From Macrostomum lignano (taxonomy: Eukaryota), in contig NIVC01002632.1 in the NCBI GenBank assembly GCA_002269645.1, positions 1 to 64,000 on the forward strand: DNA of 64,000 nt, given 5' to 3'. A program made the translations under genes and the position numbers. Positions within the stretch are counted from its first letter, which is position 1. Each line of letters begins with the position of its first letter. The notes beneath the pieces were generated by a model that saw only the letters and a list, made by a program, of their open reading frames with translations, did not search any database and had not been told where the DNA came from. Positions 1 through 11,472 of the stretch are shown here, in pieces.

Positions 1-1220
1 TTCAAAGGGACATCAAAGCTGATTCAGAGGGACGCCAAAGCTTATTGAAAGGGACGTCAAAGCTGATTGAAAGGGACGTCAAAGCTGATTGAAAGGGAAG
101 TCAAAGCTGATTGAAAGGGACGTCAAAGCTGATTCAGAGGGACGCCAAAGCTTATTGAAAGGGACGTCAAAGCTGATTCAGAGGGACGCCAAAGCTTATT
201 GAAAGGGACGTCAAAGCTGATTGAAAGGGACGTCAAAGCTGATTCAGAGGGACGCCAAAGCTTATTGAAAGGGACGTCAAAGCTTATTGAAAGGGACGTC
301 AAAGCTGATTCAGAGGGACGCAAAAGCTGATTGAAAGGGACGTCAAAGCTGATTGAAAGGGACGTCAAAGCTGATTCAGAGGGACGCCAAAGCTTATTGA
401 AAGGGACGTCAAAGCTTATTGAACGGGACGTCAAAGCTGATTCAGAGGGACGCCAAAGCTGATTGAAAGGGACGTCAAAGCTGATTGAAAGGGACGTCAA
501 AGCTGATTGAAAGGGACATCAAAGCTGATTGAAAGGGACGTCAAAGCTGATTGAAAGGGACATTAAAGCTGATTCAGAGGGACATCAAAGCTAATTGAAA
601 GGGACATCAAAGCTGATTCAGAGGGACGTCAAAGCTGATTGAAAGGGACGTCAAAGCTGATTGAAAGGGACGTCAAAGCTGATTCAGAGGGACGCCAAAG
701 CTTATTGAAAGGGACGTCAAAGCTTATTGAAAGGGACGTCAAAGCTGATTCAGAGGGACGCCAAAGCTGATTGAAAGGGACGTCAAAGCTTATTGAAAGG
801 GACGTCAAAGCTGATTCAGAGGGACGCCAAAGCTTATTGAAAGGGACGTCAAAGCTGATTCAGAGGGACGTCAAAGCTGATTGAAAGGGACGTCAAAGCT
901 GATTGAAAGGGACGTCAAAGCTGATTGAAAGGGACGTCAAAGCTGATTGAAAGGGACGTCAAAGCTGATTGAAAGGGACGTCAAAGCTGATTGAAAGGGA
1001 CATCAAAGCTGATTGAAAGGAACATCAAAGCTGATTGAAAGGGACATCAAAGCTGATTGAAAGGGACGTCAAAGCTGATTGAAAGGGACATTAAAGCTGA
1101 TTCAGAGGGACATCAAAGCTAATTGAAAGGGACATCAAAGCTGATTCAGAGGGACATTAAAGCTGATTCAAAGGGACATCAAAGCTGATTCAGAGGGACG
1201 CCAAAGCTTATTGAAAGAGA
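1..1220. repeat. 22-bp minisatellite array (GGGACGTCAAAGCTGATTGAAA and variants), truncated by the window start
   Basis: Continuous 22-bp periodicity with linked variants (..TTCAGA followed by GGGACGCC..CTTATT). ORF 123-500 is its translation. Confidence 0.95.
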
Positions 1221-1807
1221 CACCAGACTCCTGCAAAGACAAGGCCCAGAGACATTGCACTGCACGCCCCTTCAATCAGCCAGAACCTGGCCCAGCCACC
1301 CCATAGCGAAACTACTGAACAGGAATATTTGTTGGATTTATTCTTTTGAAAGATAAGAAAAAAAACTGTGTGACACGAGTGCTTGAGACAGACGATAATG
1401 CGACTTGTAACTTGTAAAAATTGTCAGTCTTGCTACTATCCTTGCTGTTGGGAAAGTCTCTGGCTTACCCTTACTAAGTACAGCCATCCAACTGAAAAGT
1501 TCTCTGACTCGCTTGACTTGCGTGCAGGGAGCCGATCACAGCACAAATAAGCTGACTGTTCTCTCCAGTAAGCCTATCCGAATCCTTTCTATAGAGGAAG
1601 AAAGTTTGGATGCAGGAAGCTGAAGCACTCGCTACTCGCGATTTCAACTTCGAGTGCGGTCATTCTCTCGTGCCGCGGCGAAAACAGGAACTCACTATAA
1701 CTTTAACTGTGCTGGCTTCAGCAGAATATGCTGTTTATTAAATAAAATAGTTATGAAGATATCGACGCATATAGTCCAAGAGTTTTTGTCAGAAATCCCC
1801 ACGTGTT

Positions 1808-2055
1808 TGCCTGATGTGTACCAACCTAATGTGTACCAGCCTAATGTGTACCAACCTAATGTGCACCAACCTAATGTGTACCAGCCTAATGTGTACCAGC
1901 CTAATGTGTACCAGCCTAATGTGTACCAGCCTAATGTGTACCAGCCTAATGTGTACCAACCTAATGTGCACCAACCTAATGTGTACCAGCCTAATGTGCA
2001 CCAACCTAATGTGTACCAACCTAATGTGTACCAACCTAATGTGTACCAACCTAAT
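1808..2055. repeat. 15-bp minisatellite (CCTAATGTGTACCAG/A)
   Basis: About 16 tandem units; translates as (PNVYQ)n and (LVHIR)n in the ORF track. Confidence 0.95.
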
Positions 2056-2277
2056 AGTAGAAAAGTTAATGCCGCGATATAATGCTAGGCAGGCATGAAG
2101 AATAACTTAAGGGCCGCTTGCACTTAGCAGGGCCGACTTATATTTGGCTATGACTAATTGCGTAATAAATATATTATTGAAGTGGGTGGTTGGCTGTACG
2201 TACTTGTACGGGGCAGTGATAGCGCCGGACTAAGTGAGCGAGGGAGAGAGAGAGGGAGGCAGATGTACACTGCCCAC

Positions 2278-3335
2278 ACTAATGTGTACCAGTTGATGTG
2301 CATGAGCCTGATTTGTATGAGCCTGATGTGTATGAGCCTGATTTGTATGAGCCTGATGTGTATGAGCCTGATGTGTATGAGCCTGATGTGTATGAGCCTG
2401 ATGTGTATGAGCCTGATTTGTATGAGCCTGATGTGCATGAGCCTGATTTGTATCAGCATGATGTGCATGAGCCTGATGTGTATGACCTGATGTGTATGAG
2501 CCTGATGTGTATGACCTGATGTGTATGAGCCTGATTTGTATGAGCCTGATGTGTATGAGCCTGATGTGTATGAGCCTGATGTGTATGACCTGATTTGTAT
2601 GAGCCTGATTTGTATGAGCCTGATGTGTATGACCTGATGTGTATGAGCCTGATTTGTATGAGCCTGATGTGTATCAGCATGATGTCTATGACCTGATGTG
2701 TATGAGCCTGATTTGTATGAGCCTGATGTGTATGACCTGATGTGTATGAGCCTGATTTGTATGAGCCTGATGTGTATGAGCCTGATTTGTATGAGCCTGA
2801 TGTGTATCAGCATGATGTCTATGACCTGATGTGTATGACCTGATTTGTATGAGCCTGATGTGTATGAGCCTGATGTGTATGAGCCTGATGTGTATGACCT
2901 GATTTGTATGAGCCTGATTTGTATGAGCCTGATGTGTATGACCTGATGTGTATGAGCCTGATTTGTATGAGCCTGATGTGTATCAGCATGATGTCTATGA
3001 CCTGATGTGTATGAGCCTGATTTGTATGAGCCTGATGTGTATGACCTGATGTGTATGAGCCTGATTTGTATGAGCCTGATGTGTATGAGCCTGATTTGTA
3101 TGAGCCTGATGTGTATCAGCATGATGTCTATGACCTGATGTCTATGACCTGATGTGTATGACCTGATGTGTATGAGCCTGATTTGTATGAGCCTGATGTG
3201 TATCAGCATGATGTCTATGACCTGATGTGTATGAGCCTGATGTGTATGAGCCTGATGTGTATGAGCCTGATGTGTATGAGCCTGATGTGTATGAGCCTGA
3301 TGTGTATGAGCCTGATGTGTATGAGCCTGATGTGT
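2278..3335. repeat. 15/14-bp minisatellite (GCCTGATGTGTATGA, with a 14-bp variant lacking the G)
   Basis: Continuous tandem units; unit related to the 1808-2055 array. Confidence 0.95.
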
Positions 3336-4003
3336 TCCGGCCTGATTGTTGCTATAACTATCGTGATTGAAACAAAAAAGCAAAAAATAAGTTCATAGTT
3401 TTAAAATTAGTGCTCAAAAAATCAGTCGAGGTGCGGAGCTGAATGATATTATACTTTTATATTAGTTTGGTCCTATCCAGCCAGTGCAGACTTGGCATTC
3501 TAACTGCATTCCAAAATCGCCCCAAACCGAGATGGCCAAATTAGGACGATGTGTTTAGTTTTCATCTTATCTGGCCCATAGGTCAGTGTAAATATTACTA
3601 AAGATTATTTACAGATATCGCATTAGACCCATCTACGGTACTACTGTTATCTAGTAGCCTATACGCTCTTTTTTCCATATATAAATTTACTTAATTTGCT
3701 TAATCACACTTTCAGCATGGACAAATAATTGTGATCAAAACAGCAGGCTTTAAGTTTTTTGTCAGCTTTACGATGAAGCTTACCATGTGGCACCTTTTGG
3801 ACATCCGAATTGTAAACCAACCAAGTATTCGTTTCATTCGGCAACTGCACTCGCAGGTTTGCCAAGAAAAAGTTAGAAAAAAAGTTTTTTTGAAGAGTGA
3901 CTTCGGCATAGGTTTGCTTTTGTATAGCGCTAAAATAAGGCTCCGGCATGGATAAAATGATTGGAGTAGCTGAAAATCTCGCTAGAACTTTGCATGATTA
4001 GTT

Positions 4004-4310
4004 GGGGGTGTAGCTTATGGTTGGGGCGTCGGACTCACGACTTGAAGGTCCGGAGGTTCGATTCCTGACCCACCCGGAACAATTTGTGTCCTTGAGAAAG
4101 ACACTTAACTCTGCATTGCTTCAGTTCACCCAGCTGTAAAATGGGTGCCAGCATTAGCTGGGGTAATTGAGGCTGTGTGTGGCGACCCCCCAGTCCTTGG
4201 ACAGAACAGCCGTACGCAGCCTTCCGATGCGCCGCGCAATAGCTGCGGCTGAGCTGTCGGTTGCACATCTGGCCCAATTGAGGCAGGTGTAATCAATTAT
4301 TATTAATATT
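4004..4310 (+). mobile_element. tRNA-headed CORE-type SINE with 10-bp target-site duplication
   Basis: A-box-like TAGCTTATGG and B-box GGTTCGATTCC. Central GTGTCCTTGAGAAAGACACTTAAC..GCTTCAGTT..CTGTAAAATGGG resembles the MIR CORE consensus. AT-rich tail. TSD ATGATTAGTT at 3994-4003 and 4311-4320. Empty site in the paralogous copy near 10860. Confidence 0.85.
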
Positions 4311-4958
4311 ATGATTAGTTCAAATTGCTTAATGAACTTGCGAGTGCACATATCGGACAGAACGCATCCATGCTGTATTTCGAATGTCCAGAAGGCGACA
4401 TCGGATACAACAGTCAAAATTTTAAGAGTCATTGATACTCAAATTAAACTAATTAACCAGCACTTGATTCCTAACCATCTGTTGTACAGACGGCTATAAG
4501 CCTAGCTGTTTTTGCATCCGCGTGTAGCTTTAAACTAAAGTAAGACAAGACGCGTCACGTGCGTAAATTAATTGTCGGTGTGCAGGTCGAGCTGTATGAC
4601 CATTCTGTTGAATTGATAACATTGCAGTGTAATTGCCGTAAATAGCATTTGCAAGGTAAGAGAGATCGAGTACGCTTTTAGAAACGAGTGTACAATCATT
4701 CACTGCAGGCTACAGTAGCCGTAACCTCTTTAGTCTATAGCTTTATTGTAATTGCGCATAAACAACTTCAATTCACTGGGGTTGTTGTAGACACTTGTAA
4801 ACACTCCGAATACGGTAGTACCTACTTTTGCTATATAGTCACTAGTGATTGTTTAGGTTGGCGAATGTGCGAGCTGCTGTGTGCTGATATATTCATATAG
4901 ACAATAATTGCAGCAGCCGCGAATTGAAAGTTGCAATTCGAAAGAAACCAGCAAAGTA

Positions 4959-6021
4959 ATGGAGTCTGCTTTTTTAGTTCGCAGCAATTTCACTTCCACC
5001 GAAATTCAAAACGAGCCAATTCCGGACCGCTTTAAGTGCAGCGGCTGCTCAGAGCTGCTCGTCAACTGCTACCAGACTCCGCACGGATGCCGCCTGTGCC
5101 AGCGGTGCTTCAGCACCGAGCTGCTGCAATCCAGCGATCGAGTCTGTCCCTGCATTCATTCGCTAGACAGCTGCAGAGACCGTGCGAGACTTGTTGAGCA
5201 CTTCGTGAGTCAGGCCGACTGCTTCCCCGACATTGCAACACGAAAGGACGTGCTCGAACTTGAAGTCCGATGCTCGAACGAAGAGTCCGGCTGTGAGAAG
5301 CAGCTCACCTTGAGGCAGCTGGACTCTCATCTGACCGACGAGTGCCAGTTCGAGATCGTCACGTGCGACCGCTGCTCGGAGCGAGTCCGTCAGTTCGAGA
5401 TGAACGGCTGCCACACGGATCTGCGGTCTCCTCACTGCTGCTCCGAGTTCCGAGCTCCGTGTCCTCACTGCAGCGACTCGAGCAGCAGGCTGGACCGCTC
5501 GGAGTTCCAGGAGCACCTGATGACGTGTCCGGAGAGACCGAGCGACTGCAAGTACCGACAGAGCATCGGGTGTCAGACGAACATGGCAATGTCGCAGCTG
5601 GATGAGCACTACTGCTCGGGTACCGACGGGCACCTCGAGCTCACGGTGCAGCGCTTCCAACAGGAGCTGCAGCAAAAGGACTCCGAACTAAAAGAAATGA
5701 ATAATTCGGTCGGGCAACTGCAGGAAAAAGTCCTGAAGCTAACCGAACGTTTATTCCTATTTGAAAAGTCTCCTCTACTAAAAACACTGCTCAACCAAGG
5801 GGTAAATAATGCTTTAAATTGTAATGTTTCTCTGCAGTACAACCCATTGATGTGCCGAATTCACTGCCCCTGATCATTCGCAATTTTAGAGACGACTGAG
5901 CAACGGCGATTTAACAGAGCAGCCCGGTGAAGAAGACAATCAGAGCCAGCAGAATACCGCGATCAAAGAATCGATTACTTTCGAACAGATGAGGCGAAGG
6001 ATGTCTGCTTTTGAAGTTTGA
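4959..6021 (+). CDS. TRAF-like protein 1 (variant RING, zf-TRAF repeats, coiled coil, no MATH domain); exons 4959-5801 and 5890-6021
   Basis: CxxC..QTPHGCRLCQRC RING-like motif; FPDIATRKDVLELEVRCSNEESGC is typical of TRAFs. Phase-0 intron GGG|GTAAAT...TTTTAG|AGA (88 bp); short exon 2 ends in TGA. Confidence 0.8.
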
Positions 6022-6581
6022 ACCACAAAAAACGAAATCATATCCAATACAAACGTGTTATATATACAGGAACATTCTTGTTCGTGTACTACTGGTACGG
6101 TTTTGTGCCAACTAAGCAAAAGAAATATTTTTTCTACATAAAACGTCGTGCTGCGAGATGCGTGTACTTCAAATTCCAATGCTATTTAAAAGGAGGACCA
6201 AAAAATTCAACTCCCTGTTAAACAGCTCACTAACAGATCATTGCTGTTGTTTTATGGCATAAGTATCACTTATCTTCTAGCCTTACTTTTAGTAGCCATG
6301 AGCAACGAAGCCATTAAATTGACAGATATAAAGTGGGCAAAAAGGGTTTTTATTATCCAATTGACTGCCACTCGTTCGTTCAATTTTTTGCGCATCGATG
6401 CGCCACGTGAAGCACTTGTGGGTGTTTCCTGGGACACGAATAATCTAAAAACATTTTTTTCAGTTTTGTTCAGGAAAATCCATTAACTCCGCGATATCGG
6501 GGCATCACACGAGACTTCACTATTCCCACGTAGCGATTTTTATAGCAGTTGAACTCGAGTATCACTAATGACAAGCACACG

Positions 6582-7355
6582 TCATTCAAACGGCGAGACG
6601 CACTCGCACAGGGCATTCGTTGGGAAAGACAGCGTTTCTGGTGCGTCTACCAGCCAGCTGTGCCCGAGTAGCGGAGAATGTACTTCTCGGCATTTCCACC
6701 GTCATTTGGTTCAGCTGCAGCCCACAGGCTGGGATCGAACTCCAGACCACAGTCCAGCCACCGCCACCCTCCGCCTGGCTCGGGACTTCCCTCTTCCTGG
6801 TGGCCACCGAGCCAGATGTTCAGGCCGCTGAACTGGGAGCTGATGAAGCGCAGCTCCTCAGCGTCCAGCACGTCGGCCATGATGACGAGGTCGGTCTGGT
6901 TGGCGCAGACCTGCCGGCCCCTCTGCCAGCCGGCCGTGCCGTTCACCAGCCGGTAGCGAACCCCGCACCGCTGGGAATCGAACTCAGGCGGGCAGAGTTT
7001 TCCAGGCGGCAGGCCCGGTCGCTGCTTCACGAAGACCAGACCGAAGGCCGAGCAGCTGGCGCTGCAGTCCCGCACGCCTTTGCTGCACCTGTCGAACACG
7101 AACAGCTGGCAGGGGCCGCGGGCCAAGCTGAAGGCCTGGCAGCGGGGCCTGCTGGCGCAGAGCAGCGAGCACAGGACTCCGATGCTGCCGCGCTGCTGCC
7201 CAGGGGCGTCTCCGTGAACTCGCTGCGATGCACAGGCTGGCGTTCACGGCTGTGAATGCCTGCTGCGATGAGCACCGGCTGCTGCCAGCTGTCACCGAGA
7301 TCAGTAGGCACTGCAGCTCGAGCAGGATTGCCAGGAATTTGTTGAGGATCTTCAT
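6582..7355 (-). pseudogene. Signal peptide + PAN/apple-like + C-type lectin gene, copy 1, with three apparent 1-bp frameshifts
   Basis: MKILNKFLAILLELQCLL leader; CSLLCASRPRCQAF PAN-like motif; CTLD motifs WLGG, WRWLD, EPND, then WLVD..ALCE in the next frame. The indels could be assembly errors. Confidence 0.65.
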
Positions 7356-9298
7356 TTCGAGACTTTAAAATTTTGCTAATCTTGCATTTGAAATCGTAGC
7401 ACAAAACTCAATAACGAATTTCTAATATTTAGGAGCAGATCATCGCTTTTTATGCACTCACCAATCCCAGAGTTTGTTATAATCGATCTAGCAAAGCTCG
7501 TCCAATGAGATTGAGGCTGCATTTTTACATGTAGAGAACATGGGGGTGTAGACCAGTGGTCTGGCGAGGCGCTCTGATGTGCCAGCGGTCCAGGCTCGAT
7601 TCCAAGTACAGACACATTAATTTTGAGGCTAAATAGGAATCTTGGCTTGGCTCTGCTCGTGCAATTACGCTCGTAATTCCCAGCTTAAGGGCCAACCCCC
7701 AAGGCACAGTGAAGTGTACATGCCTAACGATAAATTAAGTTAGGGCCGCTGTACACTCCTGTGTGAGTGAGTGCCTGTGCGTATGACTGCGTACGTATTC
7801 GCGCCCTTGTGTGCTGCACACAAGCTGACACCAAGTTGTTGTAGGCGTCAAGTCCCAAAACGGCGTTATCAATGATCGAGAGGTTCCCGGCTTTCTTCAT
7901 TTCCAGGGGACTCCCCCCCATAGCTTTTCACTTGGCACAGGGCAAGTTGCCCCTTTACTTCACTCTGCAACACGTGTAAAGCAGTTAAACACCAATTGTT
8001 TCACTGCAGAAAGAACGCCTTTTTCTCTGCAACAAAACGAGTTTTTCTTTGCAATTACTGTTCTATCGACAAACACTCCTTTTAGAAGAATGATTAAGAT
8101 AAGACTACAGATTCAGAACTGATTAAGAAAAGGTTAAAACCCGTGAAAGAATTTTCTCCTTGCGCTCCTCTGTATAAATACTAATTTAAGTTGGCTACCT
8201 ATTGGATCGCGCCTATGGTCCAATAAAGTCTAGCATAGTTAACAAAAATCAATCGCATTAAAACAAATCATACAGTATAACAAATTTATTTTAAACACTA
8301 AATTGTAGAATATTACTATTATTAAAAAATTGTTACAATACTATTGAAATGACTACCACACAAACTGGCTCGTACTGCAAACGATAAAAAAGATATACAC
8401 TGAAACAGTAAAAAATAATGATGTTATCCCTACACCTCGGGCCTATATAATACGGTAGGGTGTACAGGGTACGGGTGCACCTTGCTTGTCGGTTGTCAGG
8501 ATGTTCCTATGCGGATCATACCTGCATCAGGACGCCAGGTAGCCTAAACTACAGTAAGTAGGCGTCAGGACACACGAAGCCTTAGTTGCCCCCTTTTGGC
8601 AACCAAAAGAAGGAAGACAGAGGAACGCATCCAACTTTCCTAGCTCCTTTCAATACGTCTCTTTGAATTGGATCTTTTCCATAGGAAAATGTCCTTACGG
8701 CGAGAGCAAACCAATCACAGGACAGCACCGAAAGCCAAACTAGGTATAGAGAGGCGAGTGACGACGCCCAGACTACCTTAAATGGCTAGCGCACGCGGGG
8801 GGGGGAGAGGCTGCAAACCCCCGAGCCCACCAACCCCCACAACCCTCCCGACAGGCCCTGCCCCACGCCAGCCAATCACACCGCGGCGGGGGGTGAGGAA
8901 AAACTGAGCCAGCTGCCCGGCCCAGCCAATCCACACCAGGCCTTCACATAACAACTTAAGCAGATATCACTGACAGAATGCTACCAAATTAACATGCTAC
9001 CAAATTAACATGCAAGTACCAAACTTATGGTCCAAAGCAGCACCGCGGTCACCCAACCTACTGACGTACGACGCAGAGTCGGCTAGGACCAGACAGCTCG
9101 AGTGATTCTCTAATGCCTCTGGCACGCGTGCCAGTTGAGGTGCGACGGGCGTACGACGCGTCCAACCAGTAAAACCTTCCAAAAACGGACGACAACAACT
9201 GGGACTTACACTCGTACGTAGCCACAAAAAACGGCTGAGCCAATCAACTAGAGCGACAACAAAAACAAAAAATACGTCAGATAGTCAAGCGTGGGACA

Positions 9299-10070
9299 AT
9301 GTCACAGGGCGCGTTTCAGGGCCTGGGCGCGAACGTAGGCCGCACCGCCGGCATCAGCCAACAGGCAGTCGACGAAACGCCAAGTGCGGGCCTGCCCCCG
9401 CCGGTAAGGTTCCTGCAGCGTGAGCAAAAGCACTTCCTGCACCGGCTGTGGGCAGTACGACTCGGCTCGGATAGAATGGCTTTGCCAGCTGGAGTCGTCG
9501 ATGGCGCAACATTTCGCTGGGACGGGACAGGCTGGTGCGGCGATAGAGTGCCGCAATGGTGACTCGCTCGTAGCCGATCTTGAAGCGGCGCGCAGCAGTC
9601 CAGCGTGCGCCGCATCGACCTGCTGTTCGAGTGAATCAGACAGGGCCCAGGTCTCGGCGTTGTACAACAGTACGGTTTCGATCACCGCCTGGAACAACGC
9701 CGCCCTCTGGCGGTCAGGTAGGGCCTTGGACTTCCTCGAAAAGGAAGGCAGCCCAGGCAAGTCCACAGCAAAGTCGCAGGTCCTCACGAACGTCAGGTAC
9801 CAGACCGCCGAGATAGACGAACTGCTGACATCGCGGAAGCCTCGTCACCTGCGCGTCTGCGCCTCGGCAGAAAATTGCAGCCTCAATGTCGTCCGGCACG
9901 CAGAGCACAACGGTCTTCTGCGTGTTGACCACCAGGCCGACGCCGCAACGCTTACCAGCCGGTCCAGCTGGCGCTGGGCGCCCTCGACGGTCGAGGAAAG
10001 GAGGGCGAGATCGTCGGCGTAGCCAAGCACGCTGAGCCGCGCAAGCGACAGTAACGGCGCAAGCGATCTC
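9299..10070 (-). mobile_element. 5'-truncated RTE-type non-LTR retrotransposon fragment (RT C-terminal half), copy 1, frameshifted
   Basis: LGYADDLALL, VNTQKT, FVYLG and LLYNAETW(A/T)L motifs split across frames. Confidence 0.8.
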
Positions 10071-10483
10071 CCTTTAGAGTGAGATAAACGAATGAGAAAA
10101 GAGTCAATCGCGACTCAACCTAGCCTAGGGTTTGGGGGGGGGATCGACATTGCGGTACAATTAAGCAGGGGTGGCTAGGCGGAGAACTAAACTAGGCGGC
10201 GCATTCACCCCACAATTACCGGAGGTTGTCGTGCGATTCACAACCATTAGAGCCAACTCCAATGCTCGAGAGTGTATATGCCTGACCGATAAACAGTTAG
10301 GGCCTCTGTACACCCTGAGACGCTGATAGACTAGCTCGAACAACACGCTGACGGCCGTCGAACGCTGGCCAGATCGACAACGTAGGAGACATGCCACTGC
10401 TTTGTCCCCCCTACCCCACCTTGTTGACCTGTTATGGAAATCAATCATTTCACTTCAGGGCGACAAAACATAGCATCTGCACC

Positions 10484-10640
10484 ATTAAATTGAGTGCATG
10501 CGGCGCTAAAATGAGTGCCTGTGGCACTAAAATGTGTTCCTGCTGCGCTAAATTGAGTGCATGCGGCGCTAAAATGAGTGCCTGCGGCGCTAAAATGAGT
10601 GCCTGCGGCGCCAAAATGAGTGCCTGCGGCGCTAAAATGA
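10484..10640. repeat. 21-bp minisatellite (TGCGGCGCTAAAATGAGTGCC), about 7 units, in the spacer between the duplicate copies
   Basis: Direct tandem periodicity; ORFs 10391-10678 and 10450-10812 are its translation. Confidence 0.9.
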
Positions 10641-11472
10641 TCGCTGACAACACCGGTTCGGAAATAATGTACATGTAGGAATTTAGTAATGTATATGTAG
10701 ATGTAGAACTCTCGGCTTCGTCTCCCCTACCATAAAATCCATGGCGACGCTCCTGTAACTTGTAAGAAAAACGCTGTGCGTAAGAGCGTAAGATACAATG
10801 AGGTTTTGCCATATATAAAAAATGATTTCAGTAGCTGAAATATTCGCCGGAACTTTGCAAGATTAGTTTTAGTGTATCCTGTGGTTATAGTAGCTCAATT
10901 AACTTGCGAGTTCACATCGGACCAAACGCATGCATGCTGCATTTCAAATGTCCAGATGGTGAGACCTCGGATCCAACAGTCAACATAGGGTTAATGATAC
11001 TCAAATTAAACCATAATTAACCAATACTTGTTTACTAAAAACTGTGCAAACGACTACATAAACTTGTTGTTCAACTAAAAATAAGATAAGACGCATCACG
11101 TGCATAAATTTCAGTGTGCAGGTCGCGCTGTGGGACAGTTCTGTTGAATTGACAACATTGCAGGGTACTTGCCATAAATAGAATTGAGAAGAGAAATAGA
11201 AGAGAAACGAGTGTACGAGCTACAACCCTTCACTGCAGACTACAGTAGCCCTAACCTCTTTAGGTTATCTATAGCTTAAATGTACTTGCACGCACACAAC
11301 CGAATTCATTTACCTGGGGTTGTTGCAGCCAGTTGTAAACACTCCAAACACGGTAGTACCTACTTTTGTTATGTTATAACCAGTGACTGTTTTGGATGAG
11401 AAATTCGCGAGCTTGCTGTGTAGAAGCCGCAAATTTTACGTCGCAAGTTGAATGACACCATAGCAAGCTAAA

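Larger units (their letters stand above)
3950..10385. repeat. Tandem segmental duplication, copy 1 (TRAF-like + PAN-CTL + RTE fragment)
   Basis: Colinear alignment to ~10810-16950 from AAAATGATT..GTAGCTGAAA to CCAGATCGACAACGTA. Confidence 0.9.

Noticed and set aside
1221-1350. Possible small minus-strand exon next to the first array
   Set aside because: Splice-like signals exist but there is no recognisable peptide, and any partner exons would lie outside the window.
123-3398. Long repetitive ORFs, e.g. (PNVYQ)n and the 409-aa ORF at 2154-3383
   Set aside because: Open in several frames and on both strands because the unit lacks stops; 14/15-bp unit mixing shifts frame freely; no splice or start context.
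4004-4075. Functional tRNA gene
   Set aside because: A and B boxes are present but the stems pair poorly, and it continues into a CORE domain, tail and TSD, so it is a SINE head.
5163-5675. Antisense ORFs over the TRAF, lectin, RTE and hAT genes (also 6620-7255, 9420-10022, 11560-12171, 13183-13932, 46388-47791)
   Set aside because: Shadow frames of GC-rich coding sequence with no recognisable motifs.
6640-6660. Stop-codon readthrough in the lectin gene
   Set aside because: The missing CTLD end lies in a different frame, so an indel is required, not readthrough.
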